A stretch of DNA of 64,000 nt from Eledone cirrhosa (GCA_964016885.1 OZ024751.1:46624001-46688000), one strand, 5' to 3'. Shown: positions 28,185 to 42,341, counted from the stretch's first letter. Program-made: numbers and translations. Notes: generated from the sequence alone by a model not told the origin.

Positions 28185-28475
28185 GTAAGTCATGAATTTA
28201 TATTATTTTGATATAATTTAATTCATTTTAATATTCAAAAAATAAATTTTCCATTTCGGTTATTTCATCGTTTTTTTTCATTAGTTAATATAATTAATTA
28301 ATTAATATAGTTAATTAATTAATTCTGTTTTAATTAATTGTGCTTTATTACTTTGATTCAGAAATTTATATTTCATTTCTTTTTTCTTTTCTTTTTTGGC
28401 TTTTATTGTACAACTGTCACCAACATCTTGGGCCTTTGTGGTCAATGGTAGAAATGGTGATTATTGTGCATTGCC

Positions 28476-29500
28476 AGTATCGGTAGAGGGTCGGACGCCA
28501 TGCTTTGAAGCATAGAGTTACCTTCCTTTATGATCTGAGTTCAAATCCCGCTGAGGTTAACTTTGCCTTTCATCCTTACGGGGTCGATAAAATAAAGTAC
28601 CAGTAATGCACTGGGATAATTGCTGGCCTGATGCCAAAAGTAGAAACAATTATTATCGACCCCAGTGTATTACTAAAATAAAGTACCAGTAACGCACTGG
28701 AGTCGATTTAATCGACTTTCTCCTCTCCCCAAATTGCTGGCCTTGTGTCTGAAGTAGAAACAATTATTAATATTCCTGGCTGATAGGGTGGTGGATTGGC
28801 AGTATTGGTAGAGCGTCGGACACCATGCTTTGCAGCATTTAATTACGGCCCTTTACGTTCTGAGTTCAATTCTCACCGAACTTAGCTTTGCCTTTCATTC
28901 TAACATGGTCGATAAAATAAAGAACCAGTAACGTACTGGGGTCGATTTAAATCGACTTTCCCTTCTCCCCCCAAATCTCCGGCTTTGTACATATCGTAGA
29001 AGTCATTATTCAAAGTAATGTGTTTTCCGTTACAGCCTTTGGAATATTATACATCTGGTTTCTTGGAAAAGAACAGAGACAATCTTAGCTCCTGTCTCTT
29101 AGAATCTATGAAATCGAGCAACAACCAACTGGTTAGCGATATGTTCTTGACCAAACTCTCACACAGAGGAACTATCTCAGAGTAAGTATTTTTGACTTTG
29201 CCTTTCATCCTTACGGGGTCGATAAAATAAAGTACCAGTAATGCACTGGGTAATTGCTGGCCTTGTGCCTAAAGTAGAAACAAGTATTTTACTATGATGT
29301 ATATTTGTGTAATATTTTATGTTGCTGTTGTTATCGATGTTATGGGTTTTGTTGATATTGTTGTAGTCATATGGATTTTGCTGTGGTTATTGTTGCTGTT
29401 ACTGTTAACTTTGCCTTTCACCCTTACGGGGTCGATAAAATAAAGTACCAGTAATGCACTGGCATAATCGCTGGCCTTGTGCTAAAAATAGAAACAGTGA
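28476..29500 (+). mobile_element. SINE copies and fragments around the 29036 exon
   Basis: Core motif near 28560, 28880, 29195 and 29410. Confidence 0.8.
29036..29181 (+). CDS. Myosin motor exon: PLEYYTSGFLEKNRDNLSSCLLESMKSSNNQLVSDMFLTKLSHRGTIS
   Basis: ttacag acceptor, gtaagt donor, phase 0-2. FLEKNRD motif; the end resembles the myosin III loop-2 entry. Confidence 0.94.
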
Positions 29501-29867
29501 TTTGTGTGTATGTGTGTTTGTCTGTGTATGGGTGTTACATCTGAGAGTGATAGACAGATATACAGATATACAGATAAATAAATATACAGAAATGTAAGTG
29601 TTTTATGGAATACGACATGAGAATTAGACGAGTGCATTGCTGCATTAGAACAAGTAACATGGTTTACTCCTCCTTTACGTAGTTCAGTCCGCAGTGTGAA
29701 AGGTCAGGAGTTGTTGTACAATAAACACTGAATGGGGAATTTCACAATGAAATTATTATTTTTAGATGAGGTGAAATATTTCTCACACATGTAATTGATG
29801 AAGGACATACTTTGAGCCGGCACATGGACATATATTCTCTTCTCACATAAAGAGATATATATCTATA

Positions 29868-29959
<92 letters not shown>

Positions 29960-30017
29960 CTCTTTCCGTCTTTCTCTCTCTCATATATATATATTTATAG
30001 ATATATATATACATACA

Positions 30018-30089
<72 letters not shown>

Positions 30090-30168
30090 CATACACACAC
30101 ACACATATATATATATATACACATACTAAAATATATATATATATACACATACTAACACACACACACAT

Positions 30169-30207
<39 letters not shown>

Positions 30208-30237
30208 AATATATATATATAAATATATAAATATATA

Positions 30238-30271
<34 letters not shown>

Positions 30272-30351
30272 AATATATATAAATATAAATATATAAATAT
30301 ATATATATATATAAATATATATATATATAAATATATAAATATATATATATA

Positions 30352-30446
<95 letters not shown>

Positions 30447-30808
30447 CGTAAAGAAATTTACACATTTTTTTATATAAAGACATGTAAACATGGCAAATAT
30501 CCGTATTGGCCTGGCGATAAAAAGACGATAAATATGATGAATCGATTATCGATAGGGTATATAAACACATCGATTACATATTTCCTCCTGATTGTTTAGA
30601 TGATATACACTCTAATGACGAAACCAACACCGATTTAAGTTATTTATCGTTTCTGCCATTTACAGCGAAATACGTATATTTCGCAGGTTTACAAGACTAT
30701 ATGTTAAACAGATGCAAATTTATATACATAATTATGCAGTCTCGGTTACTTTTATTCTGTATATATACAGATATAACTTTATCATGTATTTCGGTCGCTT
30801 AGCGCATA

Positions 30809-30809
<1 letters not shown>

Positions 30810-30839
<30 letters not shown>

Positions 30840-31432
30840 CTTCTTCTTCTTCTTCTTCTTCTTCTTCTTCTTCTTCTTCTTCTTCTTCTTTCTTCTTCTT
30901 CTTCTTCTTCTTCTTCTTCTTCTTCTTCTTCTTCTTCTTCTTCTTCTTCTTCTTCTTCTTCTTCTTCTTCTTCTTCTTCTTCTTCTTCTTCTTCTTCTTC
31001 TTCTTCTTCTTCTTCTTCTTCTTCTTCTTCTTCTTCTTCTTCTTCTTCTTCTTCTTCTTCTTTTCCTTCTTCTTCTTTTCCTTCTTCTTCTTTTCCTTCT
31101 TCTTTTCCTTCTTCTTCTTTTCCTTCTTCTTCTTCTTCTTCTTCTTCTTCTTCTTCTTCTTCTTCTTCTTCTTCTTCTTCTTCTTCTTCTTCTTCTTCTT
31201 CTTCTTCTTCTTTTCCTTCTTCTTCTTTTCCTTCTTCTTTTCCTTCTTCTTCTTCTTCTTCTTCTTCTTCTTCTTCTTCTTCTTCTTCTTCTTCTTCTTC
31301 TTCTTCTTCTTTTCCTTCTTCTTCTTCTTTTCCTTCTTCTTCTTCTTTTTTCCTTCTTCTTCTTCTTTTCCTTCTTCTTCTTCTTCTTCTTCTTCTTCTT
31401 CTTCTTCTTCTTCTTCTTCTTCTTCTTCTTCT
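30810..31432. repeat. (CTT)n array of about 620 bp
   Basis: Directly visible; continuous with the LINE 3' end. Confidence 0.97.
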
Positions 31433-31760
31433 ACTTATGTCTGAGAGGGTCGTGTGGACACTTCTTCTAGCAAGTCCTGTCAGAAGCAACCCTCTCCAAA
31501 TGATCCGGGTGAGCCAAGATCCCTGGATGTTATCCAAACACCTTGCTGCTGGGGTCTACCCCCTGGGTCTCTTGCTGGTTGGTTTCGTCGAGCATAAAAA
31601 TCTGTCCAGCGATTCTTTCTTGAGACATTCAAGCCCCACCCACGCCCATAGTATCGGAGCTGTGATCTCTCAGTTCAGCTGGGGTGACTCTCTCATATCC
31701 AACTTACGCATTCTATCGAGTAACGTTACTTGAAAAATTCTTCGGAGGAACCCCATAACT
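31433..31760 (-). mobile_element. Degenerate RTE-clade LINE 3' fragment with a (GAA)n tail
   Basis: Minus strand gives MGFLRRIFQVTLLDRMR, ERSQLRYYG and KPTSKRPRG, typical post-RT motifs of RTE elements; frameshifted. Confidence 0.7.
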
Positions 31761-32112
31761 ATATATATATATATATATATAGGAAAAAGTACGACCCCGA
31801 CGGCAGAGCTCAAGTCGTTTCGACGGCTATTTCTGAACTATTTAGTCCAGAAATAGCCGTCGAAACGGCTTGAGCTCTGCCGTCGGGGTCGTACTTTTTC
31901 CTATATATATATATATATAGGAAAAAGTACGACCCCGACGGCAGAGCTCAAGTCGTTTCGACGGCTATTTCTGAACTATTTAGTCCAGAAATAGCCGTCG
32001 AAACGGCTTGAGCTCTGCCGTCATACATTTTCCTATTACCCACTCTACTACCCTAAGTGTTGAGTACTCTGGTGCGTTATGGTCCATCTGGTTCCTTACC
32101 ACATTTCCTTCG

Positions 32113-32150
<38 letters not shown>

Positions 32151-32338
32151 TCATAAATAAATAGATACACATATACATACTTGTGTACGCTTTGATGTGA
32201 GAGCGTGTGTGTGTGTGTGCGTGTGTGTGTGTGTGGGTGGGTGGGTGTCTGTGTGTCTGTGTATTTTAAATCGACCTAACCTGTCTGGTTGTTTGTACAA
32301 CATATGTAAACACATCATTATAGCCTCACTACATATAC

Positions 32339-32369
<31 letters not shown>

Positions 32370-32783
32370 CATATACATATACATATATATACATATACAT
32401 ATACATATACATATGTATGTATATATATATGTATATACATATACATATACATATATATGTACATATACATATATATATATATATATATATGTATATGTAC
32501 ATATATATATGTATATGTACATATATATATATATATGTGTGTGTATGTATATATATACACAGCATACAGGTCAGTTATATACCTTACCTTATTCTTGATG
32601 TAGCACACACATTCATACATACATATACACGCTTACATACACATACATATTTGTAAATACACATATACGCACGCACGCACAAACACACATGTACGTATGA
32701 ATGTATCTATGTGTGTGTGTATACATGTATGTATGTGTATGTATGTGTGTATGTATGTGTGTATGTGTGTATGTATGTATGTA

Positions 32784-32814
<31 letters not shown>

Positions 32815-32973
32815 ATGTATGTGTGTGTGTATGTATGTGTATGTATGTATATATGTATGTGTGTGTATGTGTGTATGTGTGTATGTATGCATGTATGTAT
32901 GTATATGTGTGTGTGTATGTATGTATGTATGTATGTATGTATGTATGTATGTATGTATGTATGTATGTATGTA

Positions 32974-33575
32974 TCACCAGTTGGTGCTACTGGTAACATG
33001 TATCCCAGTACAACCTGTCTCATGGTCGGGTCGTTGGCGACTAAACTGGCAACCCCACCAAGGTTTCTTGGTGAGGAGGGTGACTTTGGACATCCTGCAG
33101 GACTAAAAACAAAACCTGTCAAAGGGCAAAGGAGCTCTTAAGAGTCAATGGCCATCCAAAATCACCGGGAGAGATGACCCCTTAGCCTTTGTCAAGGCAG
33201 AATTCTAGGAGAAGGAAAACTCTGATATAACACCTGTAACCCTGATGGTATCCAATGATGTTGACTTGTTCTTCTTTTTGGTAAATATCATATTGGTTAA
33301 GAGAGTGGGACTGGCTTTGTGCAGTGCCTTTGCTCACTATAAAAGCTTCACGGCACAGGCATTGCTTTATATCTGGAGATCTCTCTGCACTTGTCATCAC
33401 ATGGTACCATGGGCCCAGCACTATGGGTCAATAATTGTCACAAGTGTAGTGTTTGTACCAGAGGTTTCAAGTCGCTGGCTGGACTAAAAAGTCACACTCG
33501 TTCAGCGCATCGGTAGGAGTTCTCCTACATGGATATAAAGTAGTGGCCATACTCGAAGACGAGTTGGCAGCCACC
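32974..33575 (+). mobile_element. Longest copy (~600 bp) of the non-autonomous RTE-derived element; duplicate at 36408-37008
   Basis: RTE 5'UTR-like motif aaggcagaattctaggagaaggaaaactctga. The 3' part encodes C2H2 CSVCTRGFKSLAGLKSHTRSAH* (33445-33516). Terminal ctcgaagacgag hairpin, then (TATG)n. No RT or APE. Confidence 0.75.
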
Positions 33576-33690
33576 ATGTATGTATGTATGTATGTATGTA
33601 TGTATGTATGTATGTATGTATGTATGTATGTATGTATGTATGTATGTGTGTATGTATGTATGTATGTGTGCATGTATGTATGTGTGTATG

Positions 33691-33742
33691 TTATCTCTTT
33701 CTCTTAATTTCGAGTATATTTTCCTGGTGGCAAGGTTGTAAA
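33691..33742 (-). mobile_element. 52-bp 3' tip of the R4-like element in (TATG)n (duplicate at 37116-37167)
   Basis: ttatctctttctcttaatttcgagtatattttcctggtggcaaggttgtaaa matches the 8080-8147 region with an internal deletion. Confidence 0.8.
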
Positions 33743-34024
33743 TGTATGTATATATGTATGTATGTGTGTGTATGTGTATGTATGTATGTATGTGTGTGTG
33801 TGTGTGTGTGAATGTATGTATGTATGTATGTATATATGTATGTGTCTATGTATGTATGTACGTATGTATGTGTGTATGTATGTATGTGTGTGTATGTACG
33901 TATGTATGTGTGTATGTGTGTGTGTGTGTGTGTGTATGTATGTACGTATGTATGTATGTATGTATGTATGTATGTATGTATGTATGTATGTATGTATGTA
34001 TGTATGTATGTATGTGTGTGTGTG

Positions 34025-34058
<34 letters not shown>

Positions 34059-34379
34059 TGTATGTATGTATGTATGTGTGTATGTATGTGTCGTAGAAGC
34101 TTTGGTTTGCGTTTCTTTATTTGTCGTTGATATAAGAAGTCTAAAAGTCGTCGAACAGGTTCCATTGTGTGACACCCAATAGATTTCAGCCAGTCAGTCG
34201 GTCTGACTGTCTGTTTGCCTCACTCTTTCTGTCCACCTGTCTGTCCGGTTGTTTGGTTTGTTGGTTGGTTAGCGAGCCAGCTGCTTTGGTGTTTGATTGG
34301 TCAGCTCTGAGACTGTAGGTTTTTTGCTTTTTGTAGTTTTTTGGTTTTATTTCAGTTCAGATCAACACCTGACGAAGCA

Positions 34380-34983
34380 GATGTATGATTAAAGGTACCC
34401 CACCTCGTATGAGATGTATGATCAAAGGTACCCCACCTCGTATGAGATATATGATCAAAGGTACCCCACCTCGTATGAGATATATGATCAAAGGTATCCC
34501 ACCTCGTATGAGATATATGATCAAAGGTACCCCACCTCGTATGAGATATATGATCAAAGGTATCCCACCTCGTATGAGATATATGATCAAAGGTATCCCA
34601 CCTCGTATGAGATATATGATCAAAGGTACCCCACCTCGTATGAGATATATGATCAAAGGTACCCCACCTCGTATGAGATGTATGATCAAAGGTATCCCAC
34701 CTCGTATGAGATGTATGATCAAAGTTATCCCACCTCGTATGAGATGTATGATCAAAGGTATCCCACCTCGTATGAGATATATGATCAAAGGTATCCCACC
34801 TCGTATGAGATATATGATCAAAGGTACCCCACCTCGTATTAGATATATGATGAAAGGTATCCCACCTAGTATGAGATGTATGATGAAAGGTATCCCACCT
34901 CGTATGAGATGTATGATCAAAGGTATCCCACCTCGTATGAGATATATGATCAAAGGTACCCCACCTCGTATGAGATATATGAT
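34380..34983. repeat. 33-bp minisatellite, about 18 copies
   Basis: Unit atgatcaaaggtaYcccacctcgtatgagatRt. Confidence 0.95.
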
Positions 34984-35548
34984 AACAGTTATTCCATCTC
35001 GTCCGAGTGTTTTGTTTCCCCAGTAATGCGCCATTATTTGGCCGCATAGAGCTACGGCCTTTTACGGTCTGAGTTCAATTCCTGCCGAGGTTAACTTTGC
35101 CTTTCATCCTTACAGGGTTGATGAAAGTACCAGTAATTGCACTGGAGTAATTGCTGGCCTTGTGCCAAAAGTAGAAACAATTATTTATTTAAGCTCAATT
35201 TAAATATTCAGCGCTCCTCATCAATAATATATTACCAAAAAGTTTCAGCAATTCAATAGTTGCACCCTCTCGCCCCCCCCCCCCGCCTCCTCCTATTCCT
35301 CCCATAAAGCCTCCATAAAGCCCCCATCAACAAGGCTGCACAGTGCTACAAGCGAAACAGTGTCACGTGGATGATACTGAGAAAGAATAAATATAGTTAC
35401 CAATATCATCCGTGTAACATAAGAAATGTTACACGGTATAACCCCCCGTACAACACTGATATAAAATCAGATTTGCGAAATATTCTTCTTTTTGATATAA
35501 TAAAATTTCCTCGAACGGCCATAAATTTCAATACAACAGGAAGAGGGA

Positions 35549-35582
35549 CTTAACGTTTCCGACGCTAGTCCTTTATCAGAAG
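35549..35582 (-). ncRNA. Degenerate HHR-like motif (duplicate 39495-39528; relatives near 14990 and 26715)
   Basis: CUU-CUGAUaAA-gGAC(uagc)GUCg-GAAACGUU-AAG; the 26715 relative retains CUGAUGAAGGA. Confidence 0.45.
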
Positions 35583-35854
35583 AAAGAATAAGAAACAAGA
35601 TAGATTGAGGGGACGGGCGCGGGTATATATATAAATATATATATATATGGTTTGTCTTTGTTTGTGTGTGTATCTCTGTGTGCTTACATATTGACTGTTA
35701 ATAAAGATACGTTGTTCGATGTTTCCTTACTGATTTGCAGATTTGATTTTGTTTACAGATGTCTAATGGTTCATATTATTTCTATCAACACTGTAAACGT
35801 TTATTTAGTATGTATATATATATATTATATATATGTATATATATGTGTGTATAC

Positions 35855-35896
<42 letters not shown>

Positions 35897-36009
35897 GTAT
35901 ACACACATATATATACATATATATATATATATGTATGTAGACATACATATGTATATAACCTGTTAGTTCTTTCGTTACTTTGGTATTGTGTGGTTAGGCT
36001 TTGCCGACC

Positions 36010-36209
36010 NNNNNNNNNNNNNNNNNNNNNNNNNNNNNNNNNNNNNNNNNNNNNNNNNNNNNNNNNNNNNNNNNNNNNNNNNNNNNNNNNNNNNNNNNNN
36101 NNNNNNNNNNNNNNNNNNNNNNNNNNNNNNNNNNNNNNNNNNNNNNNNNNNNNNNNNNNNNNNNNNNNNNNNNNNNNNNNNNNNNNNNNNNNNNNNNNNN
36201 NNNNNNNNN
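36010..36209. other. Assembly gap (200 N)
   Basis: Run of N. Confidence 1.
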
Positions 36210-37341
36210 TGTGTATGTATGTATGTATGTGTGTATGTATGTATGTATGTGTGTGTGTATGTATGTATGTATGTATGTATGTGTGTGTGTATGTATGTGT
36301 ATGTATGTATATATGTGTATGTGTGTGTATGTGTGTATGTGTGTATGTATGCATGTATGTATGTATATGTGTGTGTGTATGTATGTATGTATGTATGTAT
36401 GTATGTATCACCAGTTGGTGCTACTGGTAACATGTATCCCAGTACAACCTGTCTCATGGTCGGGTCGTTGGCGACTAAACTGGCAACCCCACCAAGGTTT
36501 CTTGGTGAGGAGGGTGACTTTGGACATCCTGCAGGACTAAAAACAAAACCTGTCAAAGGGCAAAGGAGCTCTTAAGAGTCAATGGCCATCCAAAATCACC
36601 GGGAGAGATGACCCCTTAGCCTTTGTCAAGGCAGAATTCTAGGAGAAGGAAAACTCTGATATAACACCTGTAACCCTGATGGTATCCAATGATGTTGACT
36701 TGTTCTTCTTTTTGGTAAATATCATATTGGTTAAGAGAGTGGGACTGGCTTTGTGCAGTGCCTTTGCTCACTATAAAAGCTTCACGGCACAGGCATTGCT
36801 TTATATCTGGAGATCTCTCTGCACTTGTCATCACATGGTACCATGGGCCCAGCACTACGGGTCAATAATTGTCACAAGTGTAGTGTTTGTACCAGAGGTT
36901 TCAAGTCGCTGCTGGACTAAAAAGTCACACTCGTTCAGCGCATCGGTAGGAGTTCTCCTACATGGATATAAAGTAGTGGCCATACTCGAAGACGAGTTGG
37001 CAGCCACCATGTATGTATGTATGTATGTATGTATGTATGTATGTATGTATGTATGTATGTATGTATGTATGTATGTGTGTATGTATGTATGTGTGTATGT
37101 ATGTATGTGTGTATGTTATCTCTTTCTCTTAATTTCGAGTATATTTTCCTGGTGGCAAGGTTGTAAATGTATGTATATATGTATGTATGTGTGTGTATGT
37201 GTATGTATGTATGTATGTGTGTGTGTGTGTGTGAATGTATGTATGTATGTATGCATATATGTATGTGTCTATGTATGTATGTATATACGTATGTATGTGT
37301 GTATGTATGTATGTGTGTGTATGTACGTATGTATGTGTGTA

Positions 37342-37374
<33 letters not shown>

Positions 37375-37415
37375 ATGTATGTATGTATGTATGTATGTAT
37401 GTATGTATGTATGTA

Positions 37416-37446
<31 letters not shown>

Positions 37447-39762
37447 ATGTATGTATGTATGTATGTATGTGTGTATGTATGTGTCGTAGAAGCTTTGGTT
37501 TGCGTTTCTTTATTTGTCGTTGATATAAGAAGTCTAAAAGTCGTCGAACAGGTTCCATTGTGTGACACCCAATAGATTTCAGCCAGTCAGTCGGTCTGAC
37601 TGTCTGTTTGCCTCACTCTTTCTGTCCACCTGTCTGTCCGGTTGTTTGGTTTGTTGGTTGGTTAGCGAGCCAGCTGCTTTGGTGTTTGATTGGTCAGCTC
37701 TGAGACTGTAGGTTTTTTGCTTTTTGTAGTTTTTTGGTTTTATTTCAGTTCAGATCAACACCTGACGAAGCAGATGTATGATTAAAGGTACCCCACCTCG
37801 TATGAGATGTATGATCAAAGGTACCCCACCTCGTATGAGATATATGATCAAAGGTATCCCACCTCGTATGAGATATATGATCAAAGGTACCCCACCTCGT
37901 ATGAGATATATGATCAAAGGTATCCCACCTCGTATGAGATATATGATCAAAGGTATCCCACCTCGTATGAGATATATGATCAAAGGTACCCCACCTCGTA
38001 TGAGATGTATGATCAAAGGTACCCCACCTCGTATGAGATGTATGATCAAAGGTATCCCACCTCGTATGAGATATATGATCAAAGGTACCCCACCTCGTAT
38101 GAGATATATGATCAAAGGTATCCCACCTCGTATGAGATATATGATCAAAGGTACCCCACCTCGTATGAGATATATGATCAAAGGTATCCCACCTCGTATG
38201 AGATATATGATCAAAGGTACCCCACCTCGTATGAGATGTATAAAGGTACCCCACCTCGTATGAGATATATGATCAAAGGTACCCCACCTCGTATGAGATA
38301 TATGATCAAAGGTATCCCACCTCGTATGAGATGTATGATCAAAGTTATCCCACCTCGTATGAGATGTATGATCAAAGGTATCCCACCTCGTATGAGATAT
38401 ATGATCAAAGGTATCCCACCTCGTATGAGATATATGATCAAAGGTACCCCACCTCGTATGAGATATATGATCAAAGGTACCCCACCTCGTATGAGATGTA
38501 TGATCAAAGGTATCCCACCTCGTATGAGATGTATGATCAAAGTTATCCCACCTCGTATGAGATGTATGATCAAAGGTATCCCACCTCGTATGAGATATAT
38601 GATCGAAGGTATCCCACCTCGTATGAGATATATGATCAAAGGTACCCCACCTCGTATTAGATATATGATGAAAGGTATCCCACCTCGTATGAGATGTATG
38701 ATCAAAGGTACCCCACCTCGTATGAGATATATGATCAAAGGTATCCCACCTCGTATGAGATGTATGATCAAAGGTATCCCACCTCGTATGAGATGTATGA
38801 TCAAAGGTACCCCACCTCGTATGAGATGTATGATCAAAGGTATCCCACCTCGTATGAGATATATGATCAAAGGTACCCCACCTCGTATGAGATATATGAT
38901 CAAAGGTACCCCACCTCGTATGAGATATATGATAACAGTTATTCCATCTCGTCCGAGTGTTTTGTTTCCCCAGTAATGCGCCATTATTTGGCCGCATAGA
39001 GCTACGGCCTTTTACGGTCTGAGTTCAATTCCTGCCGAGGTTAACTTTGCCTTTCATCCTTACAGGGTTGATGAAAGTACCAGTAATTGCACTGGAGTAA
39101 TTGCTGGCCTTGTGCCAAAAGTAGAAACAATTATTTATTTAAGCTCAATTTAAATATTCAGCGCTCCTCATCAATAATATATTACCAAAAAGTTTCAGCA
39201 ATTCAATAGTTGCACCCTCTCGCCCCCCCCCCGCCCCGCCTCCTCCTATTCCTCCCATAAAGCCTCCATAAAGCCCCCATCAACAAGGCTGCTACAAGCG
39301 AAACAGTGTCACGTGGATGATACTGAGAAAGAATAAATATAGTTACCAATATCATCCGTGTAACATAAGAAATGTTACACGGTATAACCCCCCGTACAAC
39401 ACTGATATAAAATCAGATTTGCGAAATATTCTTCTTTTTGATATAATAAAATTTCCTCGAACGGCCATAAATTTCAATACAACAGGAAGAGGGACTTAAC
39501 GTTTCCGACGCTAGTCCTTTATCAGAAGAAAGAATAAGAAACAAGATAGATTGAGGGGACGGGCGCGGGTATATATATAAATATATATATATATATATGG
39601 TTTGTCTTTGTTTGTGTGTGTATCTCTGTGTGCTTACATATTGACTGTTAATAAAGATACGTTGTTCGATGTTTCCTTACTGATTTGCAGATTTGATTTT
39701 GTTTACAGATGTCTAATGGTTCATATTATTTCTATCAACACTGTAAACGTTTATTTAGTATG

Positions 39763-39793
<31 letters not shown>

Positions 39794-39803
39794 GTGTGTA
39801 TAC

Positions 39804-39863
<60 letters not shown>

Positions 39864-39976
39864 GTATACACACATATATATACATATATATATATATATG
39901 TATGTATACATACATATGTATATAACCTGTTAGTTCTTTCGTTACTTTGGTATTGTGTGGTTAGGCTTTGCCGACC
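36210..39976. repeat. Near-identical second copy of about 32770-36009
   Basis: Same order of RTE element, R4 tip, unique spacer, minisatellite and SINE. Copy 1 ends at the gap with ttgccgacc; copy 2 reads through. Confidence 0.92.
37773..38933. repeat. 33-bp minisatellite, about 35 copies
   Basis: Same unit as 34380-34983. Confidence 0.95.
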
Positions 39977-40007
39977 GCAATGTTCAATTTGTCAAGCTAT
40001 TTAAACG

Positions 40008-40067
<60 letters not shown>

Positions 40068-40325
40068 GTATTAAGGATACTATTTATGGTTATGTATATA
40101 CTAAAACCTTTTATAGTTATATATATTTTAAACCCTAAATAGTGAAAGACAGTAATTTATTACTACCTTATTACCAGTAAGATAAATAGCTCAATGTAAC
40201 AATGTATATTGCCATGCTATATTATTATAATGGATGTCAACCCACTGTGCATCAATATATACATATGTTTCTATATGTCTCTTGTGTTGGAAAGGCGGTC
40301 AAGGATGTAAAAAATCATTGAAAAA

Positions 40326-40374
40326 TTGCTCCGAAGACGCCAAACCTCGGTTTGGAAGAAACAATTGTAAGCAA
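40326..40374 (+). ncRNA. Minimal hammerhead with a variant core (CCGAAGA)
   Basis: UUGCU-CcGAAGA-cgCCAAAC(cucg)GUUUGGaa-GAAAC-AAUU-GUA-AGCAA; palindromic ACAAUUGU; followed by aataaa. Confidence 0.62.
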
Positions 40375-40412
40375 ATAAATGATTTAAACAGAACTTTGAT
40401 TCATGTATTTTC

Positions 40413-40527
<115 letters not shown>

Positions 40528-40559
40528 ACATATATATATACATATATATATATTATTTA

Positions 40560-40600
<41 letters not shown>

Positions 40601-40629
40601 TGTATGTATATATATTATTTAGTGTATAT

Positions 40630-40701
<72 letters not shown>

Positions 40702-40707
40702 TATTTA

Positions 40708-40741
<34 letters not shown>

Positions 40742-40776
40742 TATTTTATATATGTTTCTATTTTTGTCTTTCACAG

Positions 40777-40839
40777 TTCCTTTGGGACCAGAAATAAAAC
40801 CAAAAGCAACTTTATTAATGAGTACCACTCGACAAGGAG
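40777..40839 (+). CDS. Probable myosin loop-2 exon: [20 protein letters not shown]
   Basis: Strong pyrimidine tract with tcacag acceptor, gag|gtgagg donor. 63 nt, open in phase 2-2, which fits the flanking exons. No conserved motif, as expected for loop 2. Confidence 0.6.
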
Positions 40840-40866
40840 GTGAGGGATTGTTTACTGTCTTCTCTA

Positions 40867-41516
40867 ACCACCATTACCATCACCATCATCACCACTACCA
40901 CCATCATCATCACCATCACCATCACCATCTCCACCATTACCGTCGCTACCACCATCACCATCACCACCACCATAACCATCATCACCATCACCACCATCAC
41001 CACCACCATCACCACCACCATCATCACCATCACCATCTCCACCATTACCATCGCTACCATCATCACTACCACCATCATCACCACCATTACCTCCACCACC
41101 ATCACCACCATCACCAACATCACCACCACCATCACCACCACCACCACCATCACCATCATCATCACCACAACCACCACCATCACCACCACCATCATCATCA
41201 CCACCATCATCACCACACTCATCACCACCATCATCACCACCACCACCATCACCACCACCATCATCACCATCACCATCTCCACCATTACCATCGCGACCAT
41301 CATCACTACCACCATCACCACCATCACCACCACCATCACCACCATCATTATCACCACCATCATCACCACACTCATCACCACTACCATCACCACCACAACC
41401 ATCACCACCATCATCACCACCATCACCACCACCATCATCACCACCATCACCACCACCGTCATCACCACCATCACCATCACCACAACCACCTTCACCATCA
41501 CCATCGCCATCATCAC
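40867..41516. repeat. (CAC/CAT)n array
   Basis: Directly visible; starts about 30 nt after the 40839 donor. Confidence 0.95.
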
Positions 41517-41589
41517 GAGATAATGATAATTGTTTTTAATATAAGGAGCAAGACCATAAACTTAAAGGAAGGGATTAGCCCAATAAATC

Positions 41590-42045
41590 ACCCCCTCCCC
41601 CTCCCCACTCCTTCCTCAATATTTTTCTGGTACTTTATTATCTTAACCCCTAAAACAATGAAAGGGAAAGTTGACATCGGTGAGGTTTGAGTTCTGAGAG
41701 TAAAGAGGGAGACGGAAGCAATAACTAAAGGTATTTATTTCGGCGCTCTACCGATTTAGTCAACCTACCTCCCTTTACTATATGATGATACTATTAAGGG
41801 GGGGGGGGGAATGTGGTAGTAATAATAATTGTTTCTTATTTAGGCACAAGGCCAGCAATTTTGGGGGAGGGGAAAGTCGATTAAATCGACCCCAGTGCGT
41901 GACTGGTACTTTATTTTATCGACCCCGTGAGGATGAAAGGCAAAGTTAACCTCGGCGAGATTTGAACTCAGATCCTAAAGGGCCATAACTCTATGCTGCA
42001 AAGAATGGCGTCTAACCCTCTACAGATACTGCCAATCCACTGCCC
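41590..42045 (-). mobile_element. Two tRNA-derived SINEs on the minus strand
   Basis: Reverse complement of the core and A/B boxes; 41825-42045 is near full length. Confidence 0.82.
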
Positions 42046-42276
42046 TTGTGGTAGTAATAATAATGGTTTCTGATTTAGGCACAGGGCCAGTAAATTTATT
42101 TAAAAAAAATAAAAATTTGTTGAAGTTCAATAATAAATCTTTACAATAGGGTCGACAGGAAGCAATAAAATCCGATATTCATATCTTTATTAAACTCGAT
42201 GATTTGGGAAGGGCCCCAAATTGTTTTACCCTTGTATTACCCCTCCACAATGTATCAATAAACAAACATGATTCCT

Positions 42277-42341
<65 letters not shown>

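Noticed and set aside
30712-31537. Poly-Leu/Phe and poly-Glu/Arg ORFs
   Set aside because: Translations of the (CTT)n array.
34380-38933. 33-bp repeats as a CRISPR array or repeat protein
   Set aside because: Head-to-tail units without unique spacers, no cas genes, eukaryotic intron context.
40752-41690. Poly-His protein ORF
   Set aside because: CAC/CAT microsatellite downstream of a splice donor.
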